Origin: Macrostomum lignano
Taxonomy: Eukaryota
Direction of reading: 5' to 3'
Length of the DNA: 64,000 nucleotides
Assembly: GCA_002269645.1 (NCBI GenBank)
Contig: NIVC01000900.1
Location: forward strand, 486,960 to 550,959
Shown piece by piece: positions 43,690 to 55,187 of this stretch. The position numbers and the translations under genes are program-made. The notes beneath the pieces were generated by a model, which saw only the letters and a list, made by a program, of their open reading frames with translations, was not told where the DNA came from and did not search any database. Every line of letters starts with the position of its first letter. The first letter of the stretch is position 1.

Positions 43690-44381
43690 ATGGAGGCGCC
43701 AACCTCAGCCCGCGGCCGCGCCAGGCGCCGCGCCGAGGCGGAGGAGCGCTCAGCGGACTATCGCAGCGGCTATCCAGACGCGCCGAAATCGTCAGCTAGT
43801 AGGGACATCTGGAATTTCTACAATAACAAAATCAAATCGGAACGCGCGGGGATTTTATTGATGTCATGCTAGTCGAATGGAAAGGCAATTATGAACTGCT
43901 AGAGCGGCATCACGGCTTCATCCAGTGGCTGTTCCCGCTGCGTGAGGCTGGTATCAACTGGCAGGCCAGCGTCATGTCAGCTAAGGAAGCTCAGCAGATC
44001 GCCGCCAGCGAGGCATGTCGCCGCAGACTCGTGCAGGCCTACAGGCTGATGCTGGACTTCTACGGCTTCCGGCTGGTTGATGAGGCCACCGGAGCTCTGG
44101 AGCCCGCTGAGAATTTCAGCTCTCGAATCGCCTTCTTGAACGTCTCCGGTCACAACTATTTGAGAATCAGTCGGATTCTGAAATCCCTTGGCGAACTGGG
44201 ATTTGAGCATTATAAAGCTCCCTGGATTAAGATGCTCATCATGCTGTGCTTCAATGGTGACAAGCCGCCATTGAGGCGAGCTCAGGCTGCCTGCGAGTTT
44301 CACTGGGTGTACACGCTCAAGAATGAGGCGGAGAGGCTGGAACTGCTCGGATTGATTGACAGTCTGGTTAAACCTGCGTGA
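43690..44381 (+). CDS. OGFR-like: Opioid growth factor receptor (OGFr_N) family protein, single exon, apparent 1-nt frameshift at 43848-43851
   Basis: ORF 43690-43872 (DYRSGYPD...NFYNNKIK) joins ORF 43866-44381 (WKGNYELLERHHGFIQWLFPLREAGINWQA...HNYLRISRILKSLGELGFEHYKAPW), the conserved OGFR/OGFRL1 region. Confidence 0.88.
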
Positions 44382-44839
44382 CACTCTTGAGTGTGCGAAA
44401 ATTGACCCTTTTGACTTTCTAATCGTCGGGCATGTACATTCTCGATCTGTTTCTTTGGGGTTGGCCCTCACGGCTGTGAATAGCACGACAGCCCCCCCCC
44501 TGGACAAGTTTCATGCATGAATGTGACCGTGGCGCGTTAGTCGTGGGAATCCAATGCTAAAATACTCCAAGGTTCATCTCGAAATAATCTTATGGTTAAT
44601 TGTATTTTACTTTTATTCATACTGGCCAATGAAAGGTTTAATGCTGTGATCCTCTTTTAATAGTAATTTTCTGCACTTTTACTAGCATTGCGAGGTCCTG
44701 AAATGTTTTATGCTCTTGTGTCCGAGCTTTTCTACTTTAAGTAGCATAGATAGTGTTACTATTTTCTACATCTTAGCTAATTTCAAATTTGAAGGCCGAT
44801 TTTTATAAAAAATCAGGAAATAAATTTATTTGTACCTTT

Positions 44840-45010
44840 AACCAATAAACATTTGAAGGTCAACTTTCCATCTAACCAATAAACATTTGAAGGTCAACTT
44901 TCCATCTAACCAATAAACATTTGAAGGTCAACTTTCCATCTAACCAATAAACATTTGAAGGTCAACTTTCCATCTAACCAATAAACATTTGAAGGTCAAC
45001 TTTCCATCTA
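44840..45010. repeat. 34-bp x5 repeat (AACCAATAAACATTTGAAGGTCAACTTTCCATCT)
   Basis: Direct; each unit contains AATAAA and AGGTCA. Confidence 0.95.
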
Positions 45011-45913
45011 TCTAATGTACAATGCACGTTTTAATGTTGAAGCTGATAAAATAAAAATCGATTCAGCATTTTCTTATCTATTTTATCATATAAAATGAAA
45101 CAATTTCAAAGGCACTTCAAAATCAGAAAGCTTCTTTTTAATATCTTTAGGTGTGCAAGAAAAATAAACATGGATATTGTGTCAGTTTATATTTTGCAGT
45201 TGCATAGAAACTATAGCCAAAATGTACACACCATACTACTAGCGTACTGCACAAATTTAAACAATTTTGGCTTGAGGTGCAGTTATAACACAAATATACT
45301 AAATTGATTAACATTATCAATAAATCAAGCCAATTATATCTAAATCGTTGGAAAAGTACATTTACTAACATAATAGATCTGTTTGACCAGCAAAATGTAC
45401 ATGTACTCGTATGCATACTACTAGTAGTAGTTTATTACGCCTGTGCTTTTGTGACCGTATATAATAAATTTGTGAGTGTATTTGAATCACATACTTACCT
45501 TAGATTTTTGCGTCTTTTTAGGAAGACATTTTTTCCGTTTAATCGGCGACAAATGGATTAAAACAAAATGAAAAGTACACAATTGTACTTTTGAAACAAT
45601 GTTGCGTAACAATCTACTACAAAAATATTTATGGGTACAGCAAATTAAACGGGGTTTTAAGGCGGTTAAATAAAAAGGCAAAAGCGAGAAAACAGGGAAG
45701 AGATGCGACGACTTCTTGTTTTCAGTCTAATTGTTACGAAAATCTCCAAACAAGAAGGTAAGAAATGCGATGCGAATGAGTAGTTCGTATAGCTATTAGC
45801 TAATTAGCCTACTGTTAGTAGGCAACCAAAGTGCTTTGTAACTTTTTTACTTTCAAATGGGAAAATTAAAAAATCGCTAGAAAATATCAATGATTAAACA
45901 GGTAAATTTTCAG

Positions 45914-46638
45914 TTAGTAAGTTTCATCCTGATTGCAGTCTACAGTGTTGTGCCCGAAAATCTCGCAGATGTGGCAGTAGGGCCTCGACGCTCCGCCGTT
46001 GCTGCCGGCACCGCCGCTTGCGTCGGCCAGTCGGCGAGTTGAGGGCCTGGGCGACTCGCTGCTACCGCCCTGCAGTGAATTTTCAGGAGTTTTGGATTGC
46101 ATTTATAAGTTGCCGGGTTTTAGGTGTGGTAAGGGGCTTTTCTGCGTCTCGGGGGCCCTATATAGAGGCGATTCATAGATTGAGAATACATTTAGGGTGC
46201 TACCGTATGAGTTTTATATTTAATATATGGGGGCGCCAAGTAAGATATCAGGAGCCGCCATTTCCAAGTGTCAAAGAGGGCGGCGCCATTTCCAAGTTTC
46301 AGAGAGAGCGCCGCCATTTCCAAGTTCAGAGAGAGAGCGCCGCTATTTTTAAGTGTCAGAGAGAGAGCGCCGCCATTTCCAAGTGTCAGAGAGAGAGCGG
46401 CGCCAATTTTTAAGTGTCAGAGAGAGAGCGCCGCCATTTCCAAGTGTCAGAGAGAGAGAGAGAGGCGCCATTTCCAAGTGTCAGAGAGAGAGCGCCGCCA
46501 TTTCCAAGTGTCAGAGAGAGAGCGGCGACAATTTTTAAGTGTCAGAGAGAGAGAGAGAGGCGCCATTTCCAAGTTTCAGAGAGAGAGCGCCGCCATTTCC
46601 AAGTGTCAGAGAGAGAGCGGCGCCAATTTTTAAGTGTC

Positions 46639-46674
<36 letters not shown>

Positions 46675-49600
46675 GCGCCATTTCCAAGTTTCAGAGAGAG
46701 AGGCGCCATTTCCAAGTGTCAGAGAGAGAGGCGCCATTTCCAAGTGTCAGAGAGAGCGCCGCCATTTCCAAGTGTCAGAGAGAGCGCCGCCATTTCCAAG
46801 TGTCAGAGAGAGAGGCGCCATTTCCAAGTGTCAGAGAGAGAGGCGCCATTTCCAAGTGTCAGAGAGAGAGGCGCCATTTCCAAGTGTCAGAGAGAGAGGC
46901 GCCATTTCCAAGTGCCAGAGAGAGAAGCGCCATTTCCAAGTGTCAGAGAGAGAGCGGCGCCAATTTCCAAGTGTCAGAGAGAGAGCGGCGCCAATTTTCA
47001 AGTGTCAGAAAAAGCGCCGCTCTTAAAAAACCCCGCCCCTCAACCCGCTCACCTGCACAGGGCAGTCCTCTGTATCGTGCTGGTCGAACTCCTCGCAGAT
47101 GTCGCAGTAGAGCCTCGGGGGCTGAGCAGAGTAGCTCTGGTGCTGCACCCCGCCAGACGGAGTGTCAGAGGAATCCGGCAGAGCAGTGAGCAGATACAGA
47201 TCCCTCTCCAGTTTAGTATTCTTAGCTTTCAAATCTACAATGACTGAGTTGAGAAATTCCAGCTGTTGCTGCAGCTGATGCTGCTCTGGAGGCGGGGGCG
47301 GCGGAGGCGGCGGAGCGGATGCGGCTGCATCGAGCAGCTCGCTGATCCGTGCGCGAGCCTGCTGCAGACTGGCCTGCAGATCGGAGCACTGGCTGCGCAG
47401 CTCGTCAACTTGAGCGACGGCTGCGGCGGTTTCTGAACGGGCGGCAGCTGCGGAGGCTTCCGCCTGCATCAGGTCGGAGGAGAGGCGCTCGTTCTCGGCG
47501 GCGAGGCTGGTTGATGAGGCTTGGACAGATTCCAGCTGGCTGGTCTGGGAGAGAGGGGAAGCGAATAGAGGAGTGTTTGTTAAATCTGTAGTATTGAAGC
47601 AATTCCAGCAATGAGTTTGATTATGGGATCGGAGGGACGAATTATTGGGGGATCTTTCTTAGAATTGCAAGGGCATTTTCTTAGAATTACAAGAGCATTT
47701 TCTTAGAATTACAAGGGCATTTTCTTAGAATTACAAGGACGCTTTCTTAAAATTACAAGGGTACTTTCTTAGAATCAAGTAGGCTCTTTCTTAGAATGAC
47801 AAAGGCGCTTTCTTAGAATCATTCTTAGAAAGACTTTAGAAGAATTTCTTAGAATTTCTTAGAAAGTCTTTCTTATAATCATGTAGGGTCTTTCTTAGAA
47901 TTACTAGTGCGCTTTCTGAGAATCATGTAGGCTCGTTTTTAGAATGACAGGGCGCTTTCTTAGAATCATGTAGGCTCTTTCCTAGAATCAGTAGCGCGCT
48001 TTCTGAGAATCACATGGGGCTCTTTCTTAGAATCAGTAGGGCGCTTTCCTAGAATCATGACACTTTCTTACGAGCTAGAATTACAAAGGCACTTTCTTAG
48101 AATCATATGGGGCTTTTATTAGAAACACAAAGACGATTTCTTATAATCATCTAGGCTCTTTCTAAGAATCACAACGGCGATTTCTTAGAATCATTTGGGT
48201 TCTGTTTTAAACTCATAATTTAGATCTTCCTTAGAATCACGAGTTCTTTCTTATAAGCATAAGATTTTTGTTCAGCTCATAAGGGGCCATTTCTTAGAAT
48301 CATGATGGCTTTTCTAAATTCACAAGGAGCTCTTCCTTGAAATAATAAAGAACTCTTTTCTTTAAATCACATGGGCTCTTACAGTCATAAATGGGAATTT
48401 CTTAGAATCATATGGATTCTTGATTCGAATGAGAAAATCAATTCTACATCTGGATTCTCAATACAATCGAGACTAGAAATTTCTTAGAAACAACTTATAG
48501 GCGATTCCTAGAAAGAATTCGCAGTTCGCATCCTACAATAAGCGCACAACCTACCAATTCGGTAATTCGCTGTTTAGCTTCATCAGCCGCTCGCCCAGCC
48601 TCCTCTAGCCGTTTTTCCATCTGGTGCTTGGCCTCATCAGATTCGCTTCTCAATTTGGCCAACTGCTCAGCGGCCGCAGCCTCCGCAGCTGCAAGTTTAC
48701 TTGCCGCCTCATCAGCCGCAGCCTGTTTCTCCAGCTCAGCATCTTCTCGAATTTTCGAATTCTCCGCCTCACGTTCGGCCAGTCGAGTCTCTAAACTGGA
48801 CACGCGCTCGAGCAGGCTGCTTAACTCGCTGGCCGATGCAGCTTCCGGCTTCATCGCCAGGCCGTCGCCAGCCGGGCCGCTTGAAGCTGCGGAAGCTCCA
48901 GCAGCACCTTCGCCACCCAATTTATTGTCCTCCTCCTCGCCAATCATGGACTCGGCCATGCTGAATTGTAAATCTTCTAATTTCTCTCTGAGCTCGTCTC
49001 GTTCGCGTTCGCTAGTGGCCAGGGCGGCGTCCTGACTGTCCAGGCGTTCGCGCAGTTCAGACAGAGCGCGCTCCGCTTTTAATCGGGCAATCTAGGATAG
49101 AATTGCAAAATAATGATAATGTCTTAGCTGCACTACTGACTAGTGGAAATATGCGAATTTTGTTATTTTTTATTTTATAATGCTAAAAATATCCACGAAA
49201 ATGAAGATAAATATATTTTGAACTAAAATGTTGGCAATTTCACTCTGACAGATTGGGATTTCATTCTGAAAGATTGGGATTTCACTCTGATAGATTGGGA
49301 TTTCACTCCGATAGATTGGGATTTCACTCTGACAGATTGGGATTTCACTCTGACAGATTGGGATTTCACTCTGATAGATTGGGATTTCACTCTGATAGAT
49401 TGGGATTTCACTCTGACAGATTGGGATTTCACTCTGACAGATTGGGATTTCACTCTGACGGATTGGGATTTCACTCTGATGGATTGCGATTTCACTCTTA
49501 TAGATTAGGATTATTATTTTGCAAACATTACAGAAATGTGATCTCGACCCAACTCACCTCAGCTTCCTCAGCCGCCGCCAGAGCCCTAGCAACCTCGCTC

Positions 49601-52555
49601 CGCTCCTGTTCCCTCTCTCTAAGCAGCTGCTCAATATGCTCCGACTTCTCCTGCACAACTTTCTTTAAAGTTTCTGTTGGCGAAGACACGGACCCGTGCC
49701 GACTGCCGGTCATTGCGGAGGAAACTGCCGCAGCTGACATGGTTGAGCCGGGGCCGTGGCTGTTGCCAAGGGAAGTGACACCGAGCCGGGTTCGAGGCTG
49801 CTGCCGACTGACGCTGCCAGCGCTGCTGACGCTTTCCTGACTGCCGTAGCGATTGCGGCCCGCACCGCTGCCCACTGAGGCTGCGGAGGCTGCGGGATTT
49901 TGGGAGGATGAAGACTTGTTGGTGATGCAGAATGGGATTCTGATGAGTGATGATAGAGAATCAGTGGGGGACTCTGATGATGCAGAATGAGGATTCTGAG
50001 GATGCAGAATGAGGATTCTGATGATGCAGAATCAGTGGGATTCTGATGATGCAGAATCAGTGGGATTCTGATGATGCAGAATAAGGATTCTGATGATGCA
50101 GAATAAGGATTCTGATGATGCAGAATCAGTGGGATTCTGATGATGCAGAATCAGTGGGATTCTGATGATGCAGAATCAGTGGGATTCTGATGATGCAGAA
50201 TAAGGATTCTGAGGATGCAGAATGAGGATTCTGATGATGCAGAATCAGCGGGGGATTCTGATGATGCAGAATCGTTGAGGGATTCTGATGATGCAGAATC
50301 GTTTAGGGATTCTGATGATGCAGAATCGTTTAGGGATTCTGATGATGCAGAATCGTTGAGGGATTCTGATGATTCAGAATCATTGGGGAATTCTGATGAT
50401 GCAGAATGAGGATTCTGAGGATGCAGAATCAGTGGGGATTCTGAGGATGCAGAATGAGGATTCTGAGGATGCAGAATGGGATTCTGATAATGCAAAATTA
50501 ATGGAAAAAGCAGGCACAACAAACTCACGAGCAGCAATGCCGCTGTTCGGTCCGCCACCAGGCGCTTCATCTGCGTGCAGCGGCAGCACCCGATGCACCG
50601 GAGCAAACAGTCCATATCGCGGCTTGCAGGTAAAATACCGTTCTCCCTCAACTGACCCATCATTTTTCCCGGTTGGTTCATCCAGTTCGACACCAGCGAA
50701 CAGGCCCTTGCCTTTGGCGAAGCCCGCAGTGCCGACAAATCGAAGAGTGCCAGGCCGGGTGCCGCCGACAATGACTCGCATGCCGACTTTCAGCGGGCAG
50801 TCCTCGGCCGAGGGTGCAACAGTCGCTGCCGCGGACGCCTCGGTGACTGCCGCTGGCTGTTGGGACTCCGTCTTTGGAGTGACAGAGGAAACACTGCCGC
50901 TTTTAGATGCAGATTTCGGCTGTTGCTTCTGCGACTGTTGGCCTGGTTTGCTGATAATAATTGATTTGGGATAGGGAACGATATGTATCGATAGTTGAGT
51001 TTGTAAGTTACAAATTGAGCACACATGGCACACAGGGTGAACTAGCGGTCCTGACTTTTTAATCGTCAATTAGTGTACATCGTCAGTGCTTTGATTGGTC
51101 AATGATCTCCGATGCGCCCGAAGATTAATTTTTGTAAAAGACTCCCGAAATAATTTTTTGCCGAGCAAAGATTCGAACCCGGGTTCTTTGCATTTAAATT
51201 CAGACGCGTTAACCGCTGGGCTACACTGACCCCCGTACCTATAGCGGTCATCTGGGGTTAATAACGGAAACAAAAAATAAGCAGAAACTATTACATTTAC
51301 AAATAATGACATATTTATGCTGGCTTCTGAGCACACACAAGCACCCCAATACTGTACGCAAGCACGCACTCATACACCGCTCACAGGGTGTACAGCCGCC
51401 CTGACTTTCTAAGATCGTCAGGCATGTACACTTTCTGTGTCTAGAGGGTTGACCCTGTGTCTATGTGAATCACAACAACCCACCGGGCCAAATTTACGTA
51501 CACAAACTACAAATAAATGCGACCGCTCTAGAAATCGTACTAACCCGATGAAAACGGTGCCTGGATTATTAATTAAGAAGCGTCCCAGAGTCACTGCAGG
51601 TAACACCGGTAAAACAGGAAATAAATGACTATAGACGATTCTAAAGCGACAAGATGTCACAGTACAAGTCACCTAAAATTCGTCAAAGAGTCAATTTGAG
51701 ACGTTTTATTGTTTACGACTCATTGGCGTTTCTATAATGACTCTGGGGCCGTACAGCCATATCTGAGGCGTACTGTAGATGTAGAATCACTGAGTTGTGT
51801 CTATCGCATTTCGAATTCATTTTAGTGGCCCGAGAGTCAGACTTACTCTGCCCTCTATAAATAATAATAATAATAATAATAATAATTGATTACACCTGCC
51901 CCAATTGGGCCAGATGTGCAACCGACAGCTCAACCGCAGCTATGGCGCGGCGCATCTGAAGGCTGAGTACGGCTGTTCAGTGGCAAGCACTGGGGGGGGG
52001 GTCGCCACACACCCTCAATTACCCCAGTTAATGCTGTCAACCTATTTTACAGCTGGGTGAACTTAAACAATGCAAGGTTCAGTGTTTTGCTCAAGGATCA
52101 GGAATCGAACCCCCGACCTTCAAGTTGTGGGTCCTAGGCTACAATTCCCTCTATAGAACTCACCTAGCAACATCAGTCGGGTTCACTCGCCTCTCAAAGC
52201 TCAGATTAGTGAGCCTGCTAAACAGGCCATGACTCATCGGACACTGGAAGTATCGGACACCGCCAACAGACCCGTCATTCTTGCCCGTGGCATCGTCCAG
52301 ATTGATCCCAGCCCATTCTCCTTCAGCAAATTTCGTGTGACCAATAAAACAAATCGTGCCGGATCTGGTGCCACCAACAAAGATTCGATCGCCAATACGA
52401 AAGCCCTGACTACTGACTCCACTGATAGCGGTGTGACTGCTGTCTCTGGCGCCCTCAGATTTGTAGCTGTGACCGTCTGAACAGGGACTGCGACGTCCGC
52501 TGCCGCTAGAACTTGGCGCTGGCAGTTTTGTACCGGCATTGCCTTTGCTAGTCAT
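45914..52555 (-). CDS. CLIP1: CAP-Gly domain-containing linker protein (CLIP-170/CLIP-190-like), 6 coding exons, 776 aa
   Basis: Exons 52555-52164, 50950-50529, 49889(or 49880)-49558, 49091-48555, 47544-47053 and 46069-45914 are in phase (2331 nt). Two CAP-Gly domains (GKNDGSV x2), [28 protein letters not shown], two CCHC knuckles ([17 protein letters not shown]; [15 protein letters not shown]), C-terminal DETY*. Confidence 0.93.
46250..47010. repeat. Minisatellite (GGCGCCATTTCCAAGTGTCAGAGAGAGA)n, last CLIP1 intron
   Basis: Direct. Confidence 0.95.
47650..48490. repeat. Degenerate TTTCTTAGAAT-core repeat, CLIP1 intron 4
   Basis: Direct. Confidence 0.85.
49244..49505. repeat. 21-bp minisatellite (TTGGGATTTCACTCTGACAGA)n, CLIP1 intron 3
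   Basis: Direct. Confidence 0.9.
49925..50490. repeat. GATTCTGATGATGCAGAATC-core minisatellite, CLIP1 intron 2
   Basis: Direct. Confidence 0.9.
51159..51232 (-). mobile_element. Degenerate tRNA-like sequence / SINE head (pseudo-tRNA)
   Basis: A-box TAGCCCAGCGGTTAA and B-box GGTTCGAATC at tRNA spacing, but the acceptor and anticodon stems pair poorly. Confidence 0.6.
51857..52140 (-). mobile_element. tRNA-derived SINE (CORE/Meta-like central domain) in CLIP1 intron 1
   Basis: Minus strand has B-box GGTTCGATTCC, central CCTTGAGCAAAACACTGAACC...CACCCAGCTGTAAAATAGG, and a 3' (ATT)n tail at 51857-51886. Confidence 0.7.
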
Positions 52556-54968
52556 ATTCTTTAGTTACTACTTAGAACAGTGTTGAAGTAGTATTTTAAG
52601 CGAAAACCAAACAAACCAACTGAATTTGAGATTGTTGTCCAAATTTTGAAGTCAAATCAACCACTTGTAAGGCATAAATTTTAAAGTAAATTGACACTGA
52701 CATGATTATTAAGCATGGTATATAGTTCTGGCTTTCTCATTTGCCATAGTCAGGAAGGTGGTACAGCCTGCACTAGAAAAATGCCATAATGAACACAAGG
52801 CACTTTTGCGCTGCCTAATACTATTAATGATTAATTTTGCTCTGCAAAAACATAAAATGTCAATAATAAAAGAATAAAAAACTAAAGTTAATTAAAAAAT
52901 TACAAAAGATTAGAAAAGAATAGAAATGAAAGTTAACCAAAGAAAAACTTGAAAAGTACACAATAATATGACCATATTGCATATTACATAGCCAAATCAA
53001 AGTTCAACTTGAATATACATATTTATCTTTTTTATATTTGATATGCTACATTTTAAACACTATGCAACCTGTACTGTGTTGTGCCATTGTGCTGCAACTG
53101 CACCATATAAAACAAGCTATTGACCTAAGAAGGCTTCTAAGCATTGGAATTCTCTTAGGAAAGGGCATCATCCTAATTGTGGTCATACATGTGCAACTGC
53201 TAGCCGACCTGGTCGATCTGGCCACCATAAATTGTGCTGGACCAGGAGTAAGTCGCAAAAATGCCCACTCCAAAGAATACAGACATATTACTAATTAGAT
53301 GACAAGGCATTTAAACATTATAAGACAGTCATAGTTACTCCTGCCGTTTACCCAAGATTGTGTTAATTTTTGCTTAAAGGTTTCTTTCATAGGTAAGTTG
53401 CATTTTTGTTCTTAAAGTAAGTTTTATGGCCAGTGTAAATCAGAGGGGTTGTGCATGTAGGATTATGGTGCTTTTGTACATTGGCTACAAGCTTTTACAA
53501 AGGTATTGTTGTTGAATTATACACTAATGATAATGCCAGAAAGTTGTATTTCTTGCTTAATACACCCAATGTATGCTAGCTAAAGCCCATATTGCAGATA
53601 TTGTTTTGTATATATATTATAAATCTAATAACTAAGTTATAGTTTAGTAGTTATAGATAAAACATTTGTTACAAAGATTTGCATTATTTTCCCAATTGTC
53701 AGTTGGTAATGCATAAGATCTAATTAATATCAGGATCATATATTAGTATATGTCAAGACAAAACTTGTTTATTTAGCTTCTTTATGCCAATGTACACAAT
53801 GGGCTTAGTTATATTACACATTAAATAATGCCAAGGCAAAAATGAATTATGACATCCTATATTTAAGGCTTACAACTTTTAATCTTTGCAAAAATAGTTA
53901 ATAAACACTTGCTTAATATTTTAATAAACAAAAAAATATTTTTCTAATTATTTTTGTTTTACTTTTAGTTTTGTAGATACGTCTAGGTTAAACACAATTT
54001 TTATTTTAGGTAGTTATCTATTAATTTTTGCTTTTTAATCAATATTTAGATATTCTATCTCTATATGCAGAGGCTTACCAAACTTTTATTACAAAGGCCT
54101 ACATTTATTAGGACTTGAAACTTGGTCTTACTTGCTATCTTAGCTATGACTTAGCAATCTTTATGCCAAGCTATATACCAAGGGGTACACTAGGCCCTTC
54201 TCTATGCCTATTTGTAAACCAACAATATACCCCAGATTCCTCTATATGCTAGAATTTTTAGTGTACATATACATATATAATATCCTATCATAAAATATAC
54301 TTTTCTTTTATATAATTATAAATATATCACATTGCACTAGAACTAAGTAGTATAGAGCTAGCTGCTAGACCACTTTCTATGCTGTACTAAGCCGGGTAGT
54401 ATAATGCTAAACTAAATATTATGTTGGAATTTTCTATCAAAAAGGCCATTTTGTCATTGACCATTTTGGCAAAAGAACACTTTGATGAAGGCTATTTTGA
54501 CAAAAGACCATTTTGAAGAATCCATTGTGATATATGGATTATGACCATCTAGCATAGGCCTAGCCTATACTAGCAAAGGCAAAGCCTTTGGAATATAATA
54601 AAATATAAAAAAATCAATCATAGCTATATTTTATAAAGTCCTAATCTAAGACCAGTAAACTATGATTCAATATTTTGATTTAGTTAATTAATATTTAATA
54701 AAGTTAATAGTTAATATTAGGCCTAATTAAAATTTAAAGCAAACACTATGCTATAATATTGTTTAATTGCATAATTTGATAGTAGTAAAATTAGAAAAAA
54801 TATTCCACAATTGACTTGCTTGACCAAAAAGGATTGGCACTATTCTGGGTTGAAGAAAGTACAACAAAAGCAATTAAACATTGTAGAAATTTTGAGAACT
54901 ATAGATTATTTTAAACACTCCTAATAGTCAAATAGAAAGTTAAATGAATAAGGCTATATATTAGACCA

Positions 54969-55187
54969 AACCTATATAACTTTTACCAACAAATTTTCAG
55001 ACATACTATCACATATCTTCCAACACTTTTTATAACACTTAGGGGGCCTAAAATATTGCAAAAAGTGTTGGAAGATATGTTGACAAAAGTCAACTGTTAT
55101 AACACTTTTTCCAACATTGGAACATTTTAAGTGTTGTAAAAGTGTCGGAAGACATCTAAAAATGTGTCAGTGAAAGTTATATAGGTT
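54969..55187. mobile_element. MITE-like element with 15-bp perfect terminal inverted repeats
   Basis: AACCTATATAACTTT (54969-54983) pairs with AAAGTTATATAGGTT (55173-55187); internal perfect 21-bp inverted repeat at 55011-55031 / 55060-55080. Confidence 0.6.

Noticed and set aside
43850-43856. GGATTTT resembling a plant-virus -1 slippery heptamer at the OGFR frame break
   Set aside because: Wrong phase: in the upstream frame it reads GG|ATT|TT, not G|GAT|TTT.
51159-51232. Functional tRNA gene
   Set aside because: A/B boxes are present but the acceptor and anticodon stems are mismatched, so it is treated as a SINE head or pseudo-tRNA.
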